Part shown: positions 39,876-51,615 of the stretch, piece after piece
How the letters are laid out: each line of letters starts with the position of its first letter
Position numbering within the stretch: the stretch's first letter is position 1
From: an uncultured Clostridia bacterium
GTDB lineage: Bacteria; Bacillota; Clostridia; TANB77; CAG-508
Reading direction: 5' to 3'
Assembly: GCA_934122155.1 (NCBI GenBank)
Contig: CAKOVX010000006.1
Location: forward strand, 23-64,022
Length of the DNA: 64,000 nt
Program-made: the position numbers and the translations under genes
Notes under the pieces: model-generated
The model's input: the letters and a program-made list of their open reading frames with translations, nothing else
What the model was told of the DNA's origin: nothing
The model's database searches: none

Positions 39876-41093
39876 TTAGGTTTTTAACAAATTATTATTT
39901 ATTTTTAAATATTCTTTTTTTAAATTTTTATTTAATTTATTTATATTATTTTTATTTATAATTAAATTGTATTTTGGGTTAAAAGATAATTTTCCTAATA
40001 TATTAAATCCAGAAAAAACTTTTTTGAGAATAGAAATATCTATTGAATTTTCATTATATTTATTAAATAAAATATTTATATTTTTTTGAGGTATTTCCCA
40101 ATTATTTATATAAATATCTAATAATTTTTTTGCTTTTTTTATTTCTAATAAATTAGCTTCTAAAATAAAAATATCTAAATTACTATTTTTTATTATTTCT
40201 TTTGTATAATCAAAAAAACATTCTGAAGAAGTGTCTATAATAATTACATCATATTTTTCTTTTAATTTTAATAAAATATTTTTTACTTTTTCACTACTAA
40301 TTTTGTACTTAGAATCAAATAATAAATTTATTCCTGATATTAAATCCATTTTTGAATTTACTTTAATTATCAATTCTTCTATTTTTATTTCCTTTAATAA
40401 ATTATTATTTTTTATTTTATTTTGTATTTTTTGAGAATATTTTTTAATTCCTAATATTGTATGCAAACTATTATTTAAAACATCAAAATCAATAATTAAT
40501 ATTTTATTTTTATTATTTAATAATGAATTTGCTAAATTAATTGTACATATACTTTTTCCTACACCATTTGTTCCTGTAATGCTAATTATTTTATTTTCTT
40601 TTAAATCACTATCTTGTTTTTTATTAAAAATATTTATTAATTTTTTTAAATATACTTTTTTATTATTTATTTTATTATTTTGTTTTTCTAATAACATTTG
40701 TTTTATTTCTTTCAATTCATTATTTATTTCCATATTTTTATTATTATTTATTATTTTAATTATTTCTTCAATTTCAATTTGATTATTATAAAAAATATTA
40801 TAAATTCCTTTGGCATATAAATAATTTTCTAATTCTATATTTTTATTTTCTAAAAATAAAATTATTTCAATACTTGAATTTATATTTTTTATTTTTTCTA
40901 TTAATTTTTTTATTTCAATATTTCCCGGTAATAATTCACTAATAATTAAAAAGTCAATATTATTTTCTTTTTCTAAATATTCTAATATTCCTTCTTTATA
41001 TTGTATATCTTCTATTATTACTTCAAAATTATTTTGCTTTTTTAATTTTTCATTTAATATTTCATTTCCTATTGCAGTAATTATTTTTTTCAT
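39876..41093 (-). CDS. ParA/MinD-superfamily ATPase with N-terminal receiver-like domain (TadZ/CpaE-like)
   Basis: 'ISITGTNGVGKSICTINLANSL' deviant Walker A; N-terminal about 120 aa resembles a REC fold; ATG overlaps the upstream stop (ATGA). Confidence 0.7.
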   Translation of the reverse strand: MKKIITAIGNEILNEKLKKQNNFEVIIEDIQYKEGILEYLEKENNIDFLIISELLPGNIEIKKLIEKIKNINSSIEIILFLENKNIELENYLYAKGIYNIFYNNQIEIEEIIKIINNNKNMEINNELKEIKQMLLEKQNNKINNKKVYLKKLINIFNKKQDSDLKENKIISITGTNGVGKSICTINLANSLLNNKNKILIIDFDVLNNSLHTILGIKKYSQKIQNKIKNNNLLKEIKIEELIIKVNSKMDLISGINLLFDSKYKISSEKVKNILLKLKEKYDVIIIDTSSECFFDYTKEIIKNSNLDIFILEANLLEIKKAKKLLDIYINNWEIPQKNINILFNKYNENSIDISILKKVFSGFNILGKLSFNPKYNLIINKNNINKLNKNLKKEYLKINNNLLKT

Positions 41094-42949
41094 AATAAGT
41101 TCCTTTCTTTATTAGGTTCAATTATCTCTTTTTCAAAATCAGCAGCTTCAATTTTTGTTAAAATATGTTCTGCTCCAATAAACATTAAACATTCTCCTCT
41201 TTTTAATGATTTTATTTCTATTTTTTCTTTTTCTGATAAATTTGTATATTTTTCTAATACTTTTATATTTTCTTCTTCTAAAGCAAAAAATGTTTTTATT
41301 TCTGAATTATTTAAAATACTTTTTCCATATGTACCATCTTCTAAGCTAAATAGGTCTGAAATATCTTGAGTTATTGCAACTGCACTTCCTCCATATTTTC
41401 TAATTGTTTTAAATATTTTATATATAAAGCTTGCTACTTCTTTATTAGAAGTTACTCCAATTAACCTCCATATTTCATCCATATAAATTGCTTTATTTTT
41501 ATTTCGATCTTTTTTTATTTTATTCCAAAATAATTCAATAAAAATAAACATACCATATTTTAAATTGTCTTCTCCTAATTCATAAATATCTGCAACAATT
41601 AAAGGATTATTCAAATTTACATTAGTATAATTATTAAAAAATTTTAGTGAGCCTTTTACAAATGGAATTAATTTTATTTGGAATTTTTTTGTTTTTTCAT
41701 CTTGTCCTAATAAATTATAAAAATCTTCTAAAATTGGCATATCATATGTTGTTTTAAAAATTGGTTTAATTATTATTTTATTTTCTTCTTTTTTATATAA
41801 TGTTTCATCATCAAATGTAATCTGTTTATTTTTATATAATTCAATTATTTTTTCTTCTAATATTGCTTTTTCTTCTTCAGTTAAATTACCAAAAATTAAA
41901 TTAAAAAATCCAATTAATTTACCTAATTTATTTGCTAAATATCCCTGCTCATTATCTTCTAAACTTTCTTCCATAATATCAAATACATTTATATATGAAT
42001 TAGAATTTGGTCCTATTTTTAAAAGTGAACCTTCTAATTTTTCACACATATTTCCATATTCTCTATCTGGATCTATAATATATTGTTCTATTCCTAATAA
42101 TCTATTTCTTAAAACTAATAATTTTGTATAAAATGATTTTCCTGCACCACTGGTTCCAAAAATACATATATTTGAATTTTTATATTTATTTTTATTATAT
42201 CTATCAATAAATACTAAAGAATTATTATAAATATTAGTCCCAATAAAAATACCTTCTTCATCAAATATCGCAGAAGAAATAAATGGATATGTTGCAACTA
42301 AACCACTTGTTAATACATTTCTTTTGGCTGCATTTTTTAAATCTATTGAATTTTCCATAAGAGGTAATGCTGTTAAATAAGCTTGTTCTTGTCTAAAATA
42401 TGCTCTTCTTGTTTGCATTCCTTTACTTTGTATAATACCTTCTAATTTATTTAATAAATATTCTAATTCTTTTATATCATTCGAAAATGTTGTTACATAA
42501 ATATATAAAAAATATAATTCTTCGTTATTTATTTGCATTTCTTTTCTAATATATTTTGCATCATTATATGTAAATGCTGCGATATCTATATCTTGTCTAT
42601 TTTGATTTCCTTCTTTTAAATCAACTCCTACATTTCCAATATGATATGTTAAATCTCTTATTGTTTTATATGTATCCTGTTTTTCATAAAAAATAGAAAT
42701 ATCTAAATTTATATTTGTATCAATAATTGATTTTAATATTAAATCTGTTTGTTCTCTAAAATAATTTGTAATAATTAATGTAGAATAATAAATATTATCG
42801 ATTTCAATAAATTTTGGATTTGAAATATTTATATAAGATGGACTTAAATAATCTTTGTTTGAAAAAGAGCCCTGAAAAAATAATTTATTTTCTTTTTTAT
42901 TTATTTTATTTAAAAAATTATTATTTATTTTATTTAATATTTTTTGAAT
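41090..42949 (-). CDS. VirB4/TraC-family conjugative T4SS ATPase (about 619 aa if initiated at ATT)
   Basis: 'NICIFGTSGAGKSF', 'IIDPDREYG', 'IYMDEIWRL'; the frame stays open 137 codons upstream of the first ATG back to SD AGAGGTG-5 nt-ATT; the N-terminal extension looks like the VirB4 N-domain. Confidence 0.75.
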   Translation of the reverse strand: MQKILNKINNNFLNKINKKENKLFFQGSFSNKDYLSPSYINISNPKFIEIDNIYYSTLIITNYFREQTDLILKSIIDTNINLDISIFYEKQDTYKTIRDLTYHIGNVGVDLKEGNQNRQDIDIAAFTYNDAKYIRKEMQINNEELYFLYIYVTTFSNDIKELEYLLNKLEGIIQSKGMQTRRAYFRQEQAYLTALPLMENSIDLKNAAKRNVLTSGLVATYPFISSAIFDEEGIFIGTNIYNNSLVFIDRYNKNKYKNSNICIFGTSGAGKSFYTKLLVLRNRLLGIEQYIIDPDREYGNMCEKLEGSLLKIGPNSNSYINVFDIMEESLEDNEQGYLANKLGKLIGFFNLIFGNLTEEEKAILEEKIIELYKNKQITFDDETLYKKEENKIIIKPIFKTTYDMPILEDFYNLLGQDEKTKKFQIKLIPFVKGSLKFFNNYTNVNLNNPLIVADIYELGEDNLKYGMFIFIELFWNKIKKDRNKNKAIYMDEIWRLIGVTSNKEVASFIYKIFKTIRKYGGSAVAITQDISDLFSLEDGTYGKSILNNSEIKTFFALEEENIKVLEKYTNLSEKEKIEIKSLKRGECLMFIGAEHILTKIEAADFEKEIIEPNKERNLL

Positions 42950-43468
42950 ATTATCACCTCTTTTTTATTTTTAATTAAAAAATATTATATAATAATTAAT
43001 TTTTTTATATTATTATAAATTATTATATATTGTCTTTTTGTTCAATATATATTAGTTCTATCTTTTTCTGTTAGTTCTATTTTTTGTTTTTTATTCTATC
43101 ATTTTAAAATTTTGATTTTACACTAAAACTTTATAATTTTGTGCATTTTTTATTTTGTCAAATTAGCATTTTTAGAATGTATAATTACATTTTTTTATTT
43201 CACAGCTGTATTAAAATTGTTCATCTATATCTATTATTTGTTTTTATGTATACCATCCGATTTGTTTCTGAATTTTATGTTTTAAAACATTTTTCCTTTA
43301 TTCCCCAGTGTTTTATTGGTTGTTTTTGTGTGGTTTTATATTCATTTTTTATTATTTTTCTAATTTCAATTTGTACTATTTCTTTATTGTTTTCCATACT
43401 TAACTTTTTTATCCAATTTTATAGTTGTCATTTTGTTACTAAATTTGTTCTAAATACATTCTTGTGTC

Positions 43469-44008
43469 TAAAAATGAAAAAAGTACATTAACAATATCTT
43501 TTTGGTTGTGTATTTCTTCAACCATATTTCCACACCTAGATAAACACTCCTTTATTTTAAAATATTCATCTGTTAGCTTTTCTGTCAAATATTCATTATT
43601 GTTTAATATTTCTTTGTTATTATTCTTACATTTTAGTATAATATAAAAGTTTTTGGATGATGATTTTTTTTCTTGATTTATTTTTTTTATATATTGGATA
43701 TATTTTTTAGATATTTGTTGAATAAAAATTTTTTCTTGACTTAAATTTTTTTGTATATTATTAATATGTTTTGATAAATCTTCTTTATTACTTTGAATTA
43801 ATATTTGAAAATTAAAATTACATGTTTTTAAAAAAATTTTATATGAATTTAATATTGCTTCTTTTTCTAGTTCTGATTTTAAATTAAAATTTATTGGATT
43901 TATTTTTATTATTTTTATATAACTGTTATTTTTTAATTTAATAATTCCATTATCTAATATACACTGAATTGGAAGCCATTCTTGAACAGTATTTATTTTT
44001 TTTATTAT
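43469..44008 (-). CDS. hypothetical 179-codon ORF with perfect SD but no ATG/GTG/TTG (putative ATA start)
   Basis: AAGGAGGTG-7 nt-ATA ATA AAA...; open frame to TAG at 43469; absent from the ORF track for lack of a canonical start. Confidence 0.4.
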
Positions 44009-44621
44009 TAAATTACACCTCCTTTTATAAAAATTATTAATAATATTTTGGAATGTTTTAAGAAATAATAAATATTTTGAAAAAATAAAATAATTAAAAA
44101 TTTATATATTTATATTAACTTTTTTTATTATAATTGTCAATAAAAATCATATGCCAAAATTCGACAATATTTTTTTGAATAATAAAATTTTTTTTGGACA
44201 TATTAATAATGTAAGGTTAATATTAGTTGAACTAAGAGTTTTATGAGGTCGATTTTAGGCTTTTTGAAATTCGAGCAAAAATTAATTATTGTTTAATTAT
44301 TTTAGATGATAATTAGTTGGAGATGAGAGTATATTATTTGTATTTAAGCTGTATTAAATTTTATTTTTGTTAATTTAATGAAGGTAGCATTTGTTATATA
44401 TGGTTGAAAATATAGGTAATATATTCGAAGTTAAGATTATTATTGTATATTTTAATGATTATTATTAGTCCTTATAGGATGAATTTAGTTATTATGTGTG
44501 CATTATTAGTCGAGCAACTGATTTATATATTTGGTGCATAGTTTATTTGTATAGTAATATACATTAGATTAAAAATTAGGTATATAGGTTTTAGCTGTAA
44601 ATTAATATTAGCTTTACTGAT

Positions 44622-44657
44622 GAAAAAATAGCGAGGTAACTATCCTCGCTATTTTTC
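44622..44657 (-). terminator. rho-independent terminator after gyrB (AGCGAGG/CCTCGCT)
   Basis: GC hairpin with a T-run immediately 3' of the gyrB stop. Confidence 0.65.
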
Positions 44658-44658
44658 A

Positions 44659-46593
<1,935 letters not shown>

Positions 46594-46636
46594 TTAACCT
46601 CCAAATATTCTTGCTATTTTATATTTTATCACTATA

Positions 46637-47707
46637 TTAAATTATTTTGCAAATAATTTCTCCATTAATTACATTAAATAATTTAATATTATCCAATTCC
46701 ATTTTATCAGTACAAGTTATAATAACTTGTGTATCTTTAATATAACTCAAAAAGCTTCTTCTTCTTTTTTCATCCAACTCAGACATAAAATCATCTAATA
46801 ATAAAATTGGATATTCCCCTATTTCATCATATATAACATATAGTTCTGCTAATTTTAAAGAAAGAATAGCAGTTCTATGTTGGCCTTGTGAACCATATAT
46901 TTCAATTTCTTTATCATTTATAAAACATTTAAAATCATCTCTGTGAATTCCTTTAGTTGTAAAACCTTTTATTATATCTAATTTTCTTCTTTGTTTTAAT
47001 AAAGATAAATAATTTTCTTTATTTTCACATTCTGTTATATAATTAATTTCTAATTTTTCTTTATTTTCTGTAACTTCGGAATGAATTTTTTGTATTTTAT
47101 CATTTAATTTTTTAATAAATTCAATTCTATATTTACAAATTATTTCTGCATATTCAGCTAATTTTTCATCCCATATTTCTAACATATTTTCTGGTTTATT
47201 TAATTCTTTTATTTGTCTTAAATAATTATTTCTTTGTTCTAATGTTTTTAAATATAAATTCAAATTATGCACATAATTTGGCCTTAACTGCCCTATCATC
47301 ATATCTAAAAATCTACGTCTTTCAGCTGGGCCATTTTTTAAAATTTGAATATCATCTGGTGTAAATATAACTAAATTCAAATTACCAATTAATTCACTTA
47401 ATTTTTTTATTTTTACACCATTGACTTCAATTTGTTTTTTATCAGCAATTATTATTTTTATTTTTCCACTTCTATCAGATTTGTCATAAAATATATTCGT
47501 TTCTAAAAAATCTTCGCCTAATTTTATCATTTCTTTTTCTTTAGATGTTCTAAAAGACTTTCCAAAACCACTTATAAAAATTGCCTCCAAAATATTAGTT
47601 TTTCCTTGTGCATTATCTCCATAAAATACATTAATATGTGGATCTAATTCTATTTCTTGTTCTGTATAATTTCTAAAATTTTTCAATTTTATTTTGTTTA
47701 TATTCAT
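46637..47707 (-). CDS. recF: DNA replication and repair protein RecF
   Basis: 'LKNFRNY...FYGDNAQGKTNILEAI' Walker A; C-terminal 'LLLDDFMSELD'. Confidence 0.95.
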   Translation of the reverse strand: MNINKIKLKNFRNYTEQEIELDPHINVFYGDNAQGKTNILEAIFISGFGKSFRTSKEKEMIKLGEDFLETNIFYDKSDRSGKIKIIIADKKQIEVNGVKIKKLSELIGNLNLVIFTPDDIQILKNGPAERRRFLDMMIGQLRPNYVHNLNLYLKTLEQRNNYLRQIKELNKPENMLEIWDEKLAEYAEIICKYRIEFIKKLNDKIQKIHSEVTENKEKLEINYITECENKENYLSLLKQRRKLDIIKGFTTKGIHRDDFKCFINDKEIEIYGSQGQHRTAILSLKLAELYVIYDEIGEYPILLLDDFMSELDEKRRRSFLSYIKDTQVIITCTDKMELDNIKLFNVINGEIICKII

Positions 47708-47711
47708 TTAA

Positions 47712-48830
47712 TTATTCCTTCATTCTAATTGGAAGAACCATGTAAATGTAATCACCATTTTCCTCTGTTGGTCTAATAATACAAGGTGAAATACTTGTAC
47801 CAAAATCAATAAATACCTCTGGATCATCTATTGCACGAAGTGCATCTAAAAAGTATTTTGGGTTAAATCCTGCTTCTAAATTTTTTCCTTCTGTTTCAAC
47901 AAATATTTCTTCTTTTGCGTCTCCAGTTTGATTTGTACAAGAAATTATAACTTTTCCTATTTCAACATTTACTTTAACAGGATATTTTTTTTCTTTTTCT
48001 ATACTAGATGCTGATATTAAGCTAACTCTTTCAAAACAATTTTGAATGCTGCTTTTATCTACTCTAATTCTTGTTTCCCAGCTTTCTGGAATAACACTAG
48101 CATAATTTAAAAATTCTCCATCTAATAAACGAGTAACAATTTTACAGTTTTCCATTTCAAATAATGCTTGATTTTTAGATACTCCTATTTTTATAGTATC
48201 AAAAGAATCATTTAATATTTTATTTATTTCATTTAATGTTCTTCCTGGAATTACAGCTGAAAAATCATTTACAGCTGTTTGTAAAAATTTGCTTTTCCAT
48301 GCTAATCTAAATCCATCAACTGCAACAACATTTAATTTATTGTTTTTTATTTCAAATAAGCAACCTGTAAATATTGGTCTATTTTCTTCTGTACTAACTG
48401 CAAAAATAGTTTTTCTAATCATATCTTTTAAACTATTTTGTTCCATTTCAATAGAATTTTCAATATCTATTTTAGGTAACTCTGGAAATTCATCTGGATT
48501 CATTGTAGCTAATTTATATAAAGATCCTTCACATTCAATTACTAATAAATTATTTTCATTAATTGTAATATGAATTTCTGCATCTGGAAGTTTACGAATA
48601 ATTTCACTAAACATTATTGCATTAACTACTGTTGCTCCTTGTTCTTCTACTGTACAATTCATTATATACTCAATTCCTATTTCTAAATCATAGGTTGTAA
48701 ATTTAACTTCTTTATCATTTGTTTGAATTAAAATTCCTTCTAATATTGGCATTGTTGTTTTACTAGCGACAGCTTTTGTTACGGAATTAATAGCTTTAAG
48801 GATTACATCCTTTTCACAAACAAGTTTCAT
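47712..48830 (-). CDS. dnaN: DNA polymerase III beta sliding clamp
   Basis: 372 aa; three-domain clamp; position between dnaA and recF. Confidence 0.95.
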   Translation of the reverse strand: MKLVCEKDVILKAINSVTKAVASKTTMPILEGILIQTNDKEVKFTTYDLEIGIEYIMNCTVEEQGATVVNAIMFSEIIRKLPDAEIHITINENNLLVIECEGSLYKLATMNPDEFPELPKIDIENSIEMEQNSLKDMIRKTIFAVSTEENRPIFTGCLFEIKNNKLNVVAVDGFRLAWKSKFLQTAVNDFSAVIPGRTLNEINKILNDSFDTIKIGVSKNQALFEMENCKIVTRLLDGEFLNYASVIPESWETRIRVDKSSIQNCFERVSLISASSIEKEKKYPVKVNVEIGKVIISCTNQTGDAKEEIFVETEGKNLEAGFNPKYFLDALRAIDDPEVFIDFGTSISPCIIRPTEENGDYIYMVLPIRMKE

Positions 48831-48894
48831 AATTGTTTTTCGCTCCTTTTTTATATAATATATAAATAATAATAGTAGTAGTATTAGTAGGTGT

Positions 48895-49059
48895 TGTGGA
48901 TTGTGTGGAAAAGTTATCTAAACACAACGTTCCCTAGTAAAAATTTTGTTGATAAATTTGTGGACAACTTGAAAAGTTATTTACAATTTCATTTTTGATT
49001 TGTGGAAAATAAGTTATCAACAAGTTATTAACAAGTAATTCACAATGTATTGTGGATAT
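48895..49059. promoter_or_regulatory. oriC part II: five same-orientation DnaA boxes (TGTGGAnnA, each 1 mismatch) between dnaA and dnaN
   Basis: TGTGGATTG, TGTGGAAAA, TGTGGACAA, TGTGGAAAA, TGTGGATAT. Confidence 0.7.
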
Positions 49060-49163
49060 CTAATGTGTTGATTCCGTAAGAAGAATTCCACATATATTTT
49101 ACAAACGAATATTTTTAAAAACATAAATTCTAAAAAACTTTTCTTTTTATTCATATAAAAGAC

Positions 49164-50489
49164 TTAATTAGAAAATAAAGAGTTTTTCACAGTTTCCACA
49201 ATTAATTTTGTATTAGTATTTTCTTTAAGTTCATTTGCTATTTTATTACATCCATGCATTACTGTTGAATGATCTCTTTTACCAAAAGCTAGTCCTATTT
49301 TAGGAGTAGAAATATTAGCAATATCTCTACAAAAATACATAGCTATTTGCCTTGGATAAGTAATATCAGCAGACCTTCTAGATCCTTTTAAATCATCAAC
49401 TGTAATATTAAAATATTTAGCAACAACTTCTTGAATGTATTCAATTGAAAGTACTTTATTATGATGTGAAACTACATCAGATATAGCTTTATTAGAAAGT
49501 TCTATTGTAATAGGACTATTAGATAATGTTGAATAAGCAATTAATTTATTTAATGCTCCCTCCAACTCCCTAATATTTGTGTTAATATTAGTAGCTATAT
49601 TTACTAAAACATCATCATCAATAATAATATTATCCAATTGAGCTTTCTTTTTTAATATTGCCATACGAGTTTCATAATCAGGGTTAGAGATATCAGCTAT
49701 AAGTCCCCATTCAAAACGAGTTCTCAAACGTTCTTCTAAAGGTTGAATATCTTTTGGAGGCCTATCACTGGAAATAATAATTTGTTTTCCATTATCATGT
49801 AAAGTATTAAATGTATGAAAAAATTCTTCTTGAATTCTTTCTTTTCCAGCAATAAACTGAATGTCATCTATTAATAAAACATCAATATTACGATATTTGT
49901 TACGAAACATTTCGTTTTTATTGTCTTTTATTGCATTTATAAATTGGTTTGTGAACTTTTCAGAACTAACATATAAAATATTTGCGGTTTTATTGTTTTT
50001 TAATATTTCATTTCCAATGGCATGCATTAAATGGGTTTTTCCAAGTCCAACACCACCATATAAAAATAAAGGGTTATATGCAGTAGCAGGAGCCTCAGCA
50101 ACAGCCAATGCTGCAGCATGCGCAAAAGAGTTATTACTACCAACAACAAAACTATTAAAAGTATATTTTGGATTTAAGTTAGATGTACTAACATAGTTTT
50201 CTGATGACATTGCTACTTCATTTTTCCTATCAATATCTTCTTCTGAAACTACTTTTACGTCATAGTTTTTATGAGTTATAAAACTAAAAGTATTTTTTAA
50301 TAAAGATAAATACCTAGACTCTAACATATCTTTATGTACAATGTTTTGTGCAATTAGAGTAATAGTACTATCATCAACTGACAAAATTTCAATGTTGTTA
50401 ATCCATGTACTATATGAAATATCAGTTACTTCAGTTTTTAGTAGTTCTTTTGCTTTTGTGTTTAGTTCATTTATTTCGGCCTTTTGCAT
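49164..50489 (-). CDS. dnaA: chromosomal replication initiator protein DnaA
   Basis: 441 aa; AAA+ 'LFLYGGVGLGKTHL'; C-terminal HTH 'DHSTVMHG'. Confidence 0.97.
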   Translation of the reverse strand: MQKAEINELNTKAKELLKTEVTDISYSTWINNIEILSVDDSTITLIAQNIVHKDMLESRYLSLLKNTFSFITHKNYDVKVVSEEDIDRKNEVAMSSENYVSTSNLNPKYTFNSFVVGSNNSFAHAAALAVAEAPATAYNPLFLYGGVGLGKTHLMHAIGNEILKNNKTANILYVSSEKFTNQFINAIKDNKNEMFRNKYRNIDVLLIDDIQFIAGKERIQEEFFHTFNTLHDNGKQIIISSDRPPKDIQPLEERLRTRFEWGLIADISNPDYETRMAILKKKAQLDNIIIDDDVLVNIATNINTNIRELEGALNKLIAYSTLSNSPITIELSNKAISDVVSHHNKVLSIEYIQEVVAKYFNITVDDLKGSRRSADITYPRQIAMYFCRDIANISTPKIGLAFGKRDHSTVMHGCNKIANELKENTNTKLIVETVKNSLFSN

Positions 50490-50548
50490 TACTCCTTCAA
50501 TCCCTTCAGTATATGTAAAATATAAAAGATATAGGTTATTTCCCTAAG

Positions 50549-50580
50549 TTTTCCACAAAGTTTTCCACAACTGTGGAAAA
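50549..50580. promoter_or_regulatory. oriC part I: three TTTTCCACA DnaA boxes (two direct, one inverted) upstream of dnaA, followed by an AT-rich unwinding region
   Basis: 'ttttccacaaagttttccacaactgtggaaaa'. Confidence 0.7.
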
Positions 50581-50753
50581 GTAAACTTCATAAAGTATGA
50601 ATAAATGAGTGAAAAATTGAATTGATTAACATAATAAATATGCCTTTATAAAATTCGCAAAAACCTTATAACCCTATGTTAATATATCATATCAAAAATA
50701 CAATTAAATAGTCAATAGAATAAAAAATAAAATGCAAAAATTGTTCATGTGTA

Positions 50754-50783
50754 TTGACATAACTAAAGAATAAGGTGTATAAT
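50754..50783 (+). promoter_or_regulatory. rpmH promoter (TTGACA-18-TATAAT)
   Basis: Consensus hexamers about 70 nt upstream of the rpmH ATG. Confidence 0.55.
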
Positions 50784-50851
50784 AAAAAAGCTTATATTTA
50801 ATAAATAATCCATTCGTGGTTTAAATAAGAAAAAACATAGGAGGTGCTAAA

Positions 50852-50986
50852 ATGAAAAGAACATATCAACCTAAAAAAAGACAAGAACAAAAAGAACATG
50901 GTTTTATGAAAAGAATGAAAACAAAATCTGGAAGAAATGTATTAAAAGCTAGACGTGCAAAAGGAAGAAAAAAATTAAGTGCGTAA
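50852..50986 (+). CDS. rpmH: 50S ribosomal protein L34
   Basis: 44 aa '[44 protein letters not shown]' after SD AGGAGGTG; below the ORF-track cutoff. Confidence 0.95.
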   Translation: MKRTYQPKKRQEQKEHGFMKRMKTKSGRNVLKARRAKGRKKLSA

Positions 50987-51047
50987 TAAAAATGGTCACG
51001 TAATAAGCGGTGACCTTTTTTAGATTCTATGAATTTGAGTGATTTTG

Positions 51048-51386
51048 ATGAAAAAAATGAAGACGTTAAAAAAGAATTATGAATTTCAAAATGTTCTAAA
51101 TAATGGCAAATTTTATATTGGAAAACAAATAACAATATATATAGCAGAAAATAAACAATTAACTAATAAATTTGGAATAGCAATCTCTAAAAAAGCATGT
51201 AATGCAGTAAAGAGAAATCACATTAAAAGAAAAATTAGGGAAAATTATAGGCTAATTCAAAACCAATTAAAACAAGGTTATAATATTGTTTTTTTGTGGA
51301 ATAAAAAAGTACCGGTGGAACAAGTAAATTTTCATATTATAAAAAGTGATATGGAAAAATTATTTACAAAGGCAGGGCTTTTATAA
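51048..51386 (+). CDS. rnpA: ribonuclease P protein component
   Basis: 'KKNYEFQNVLNNGKF...GIAISKKACNAVKRNHIKRKIRE'; located after rpmH. Confidence 0.9.
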   Translation: MKKMKTLKKNYEFQNVLNNGKFYIGKQITIYIAENKQLTNKFGIAISKKACNAVKRNHIKRKIRENYRLIQNQLKQGYNIVFLWNKKVPVEQVNFHIIKSDMEKLFTKAGLL

Positions 51387-51605
51387 GTGAAAAATGTTTT
51401 TATTTTTCTATTAAAAGGATATAAAAAAATAATTTCACCAATTATTGGAGCTTTAGGAATACATTGCAAATTTTATCCGAGTTGCTCAGAATATATGATG
51501 CAGGCAATTGAAAAATATGGCTGTATTAAAGGTGTATATTTGGGAATAAAAAGATTATTAAAGTGTCATCCTTTTGCGAAAGGGGGATATGACCCTTTAA
51601 ATTAG
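51387..51605 (+). CDS. yidD: membrane protein insertion efficiency factor YidD
   Basis: '[30 protein letters not shown]'; GTG start directly after the rnpA stop. Confidence 0.85.
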   Translation: MKNVFIFLLKGYKKIISPIIGALGIHCKFYPSCSEYMMQAIEKYGCIKGVYLGIKRLLKCHPFAKGGYDPLN

Positions 51606-51615
51606 GAGGAATTTC

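Noticed and set aside
43141-43646. Plus-strand ORFs 43141..43491 and 43464..43646 in island 2
   Set aside because: Poly-Phe/Ile/Leu translations of T-rich DNA with no RBS. The minus-strand 179-codon ORF with a perfect SD is the better candidate for this region.
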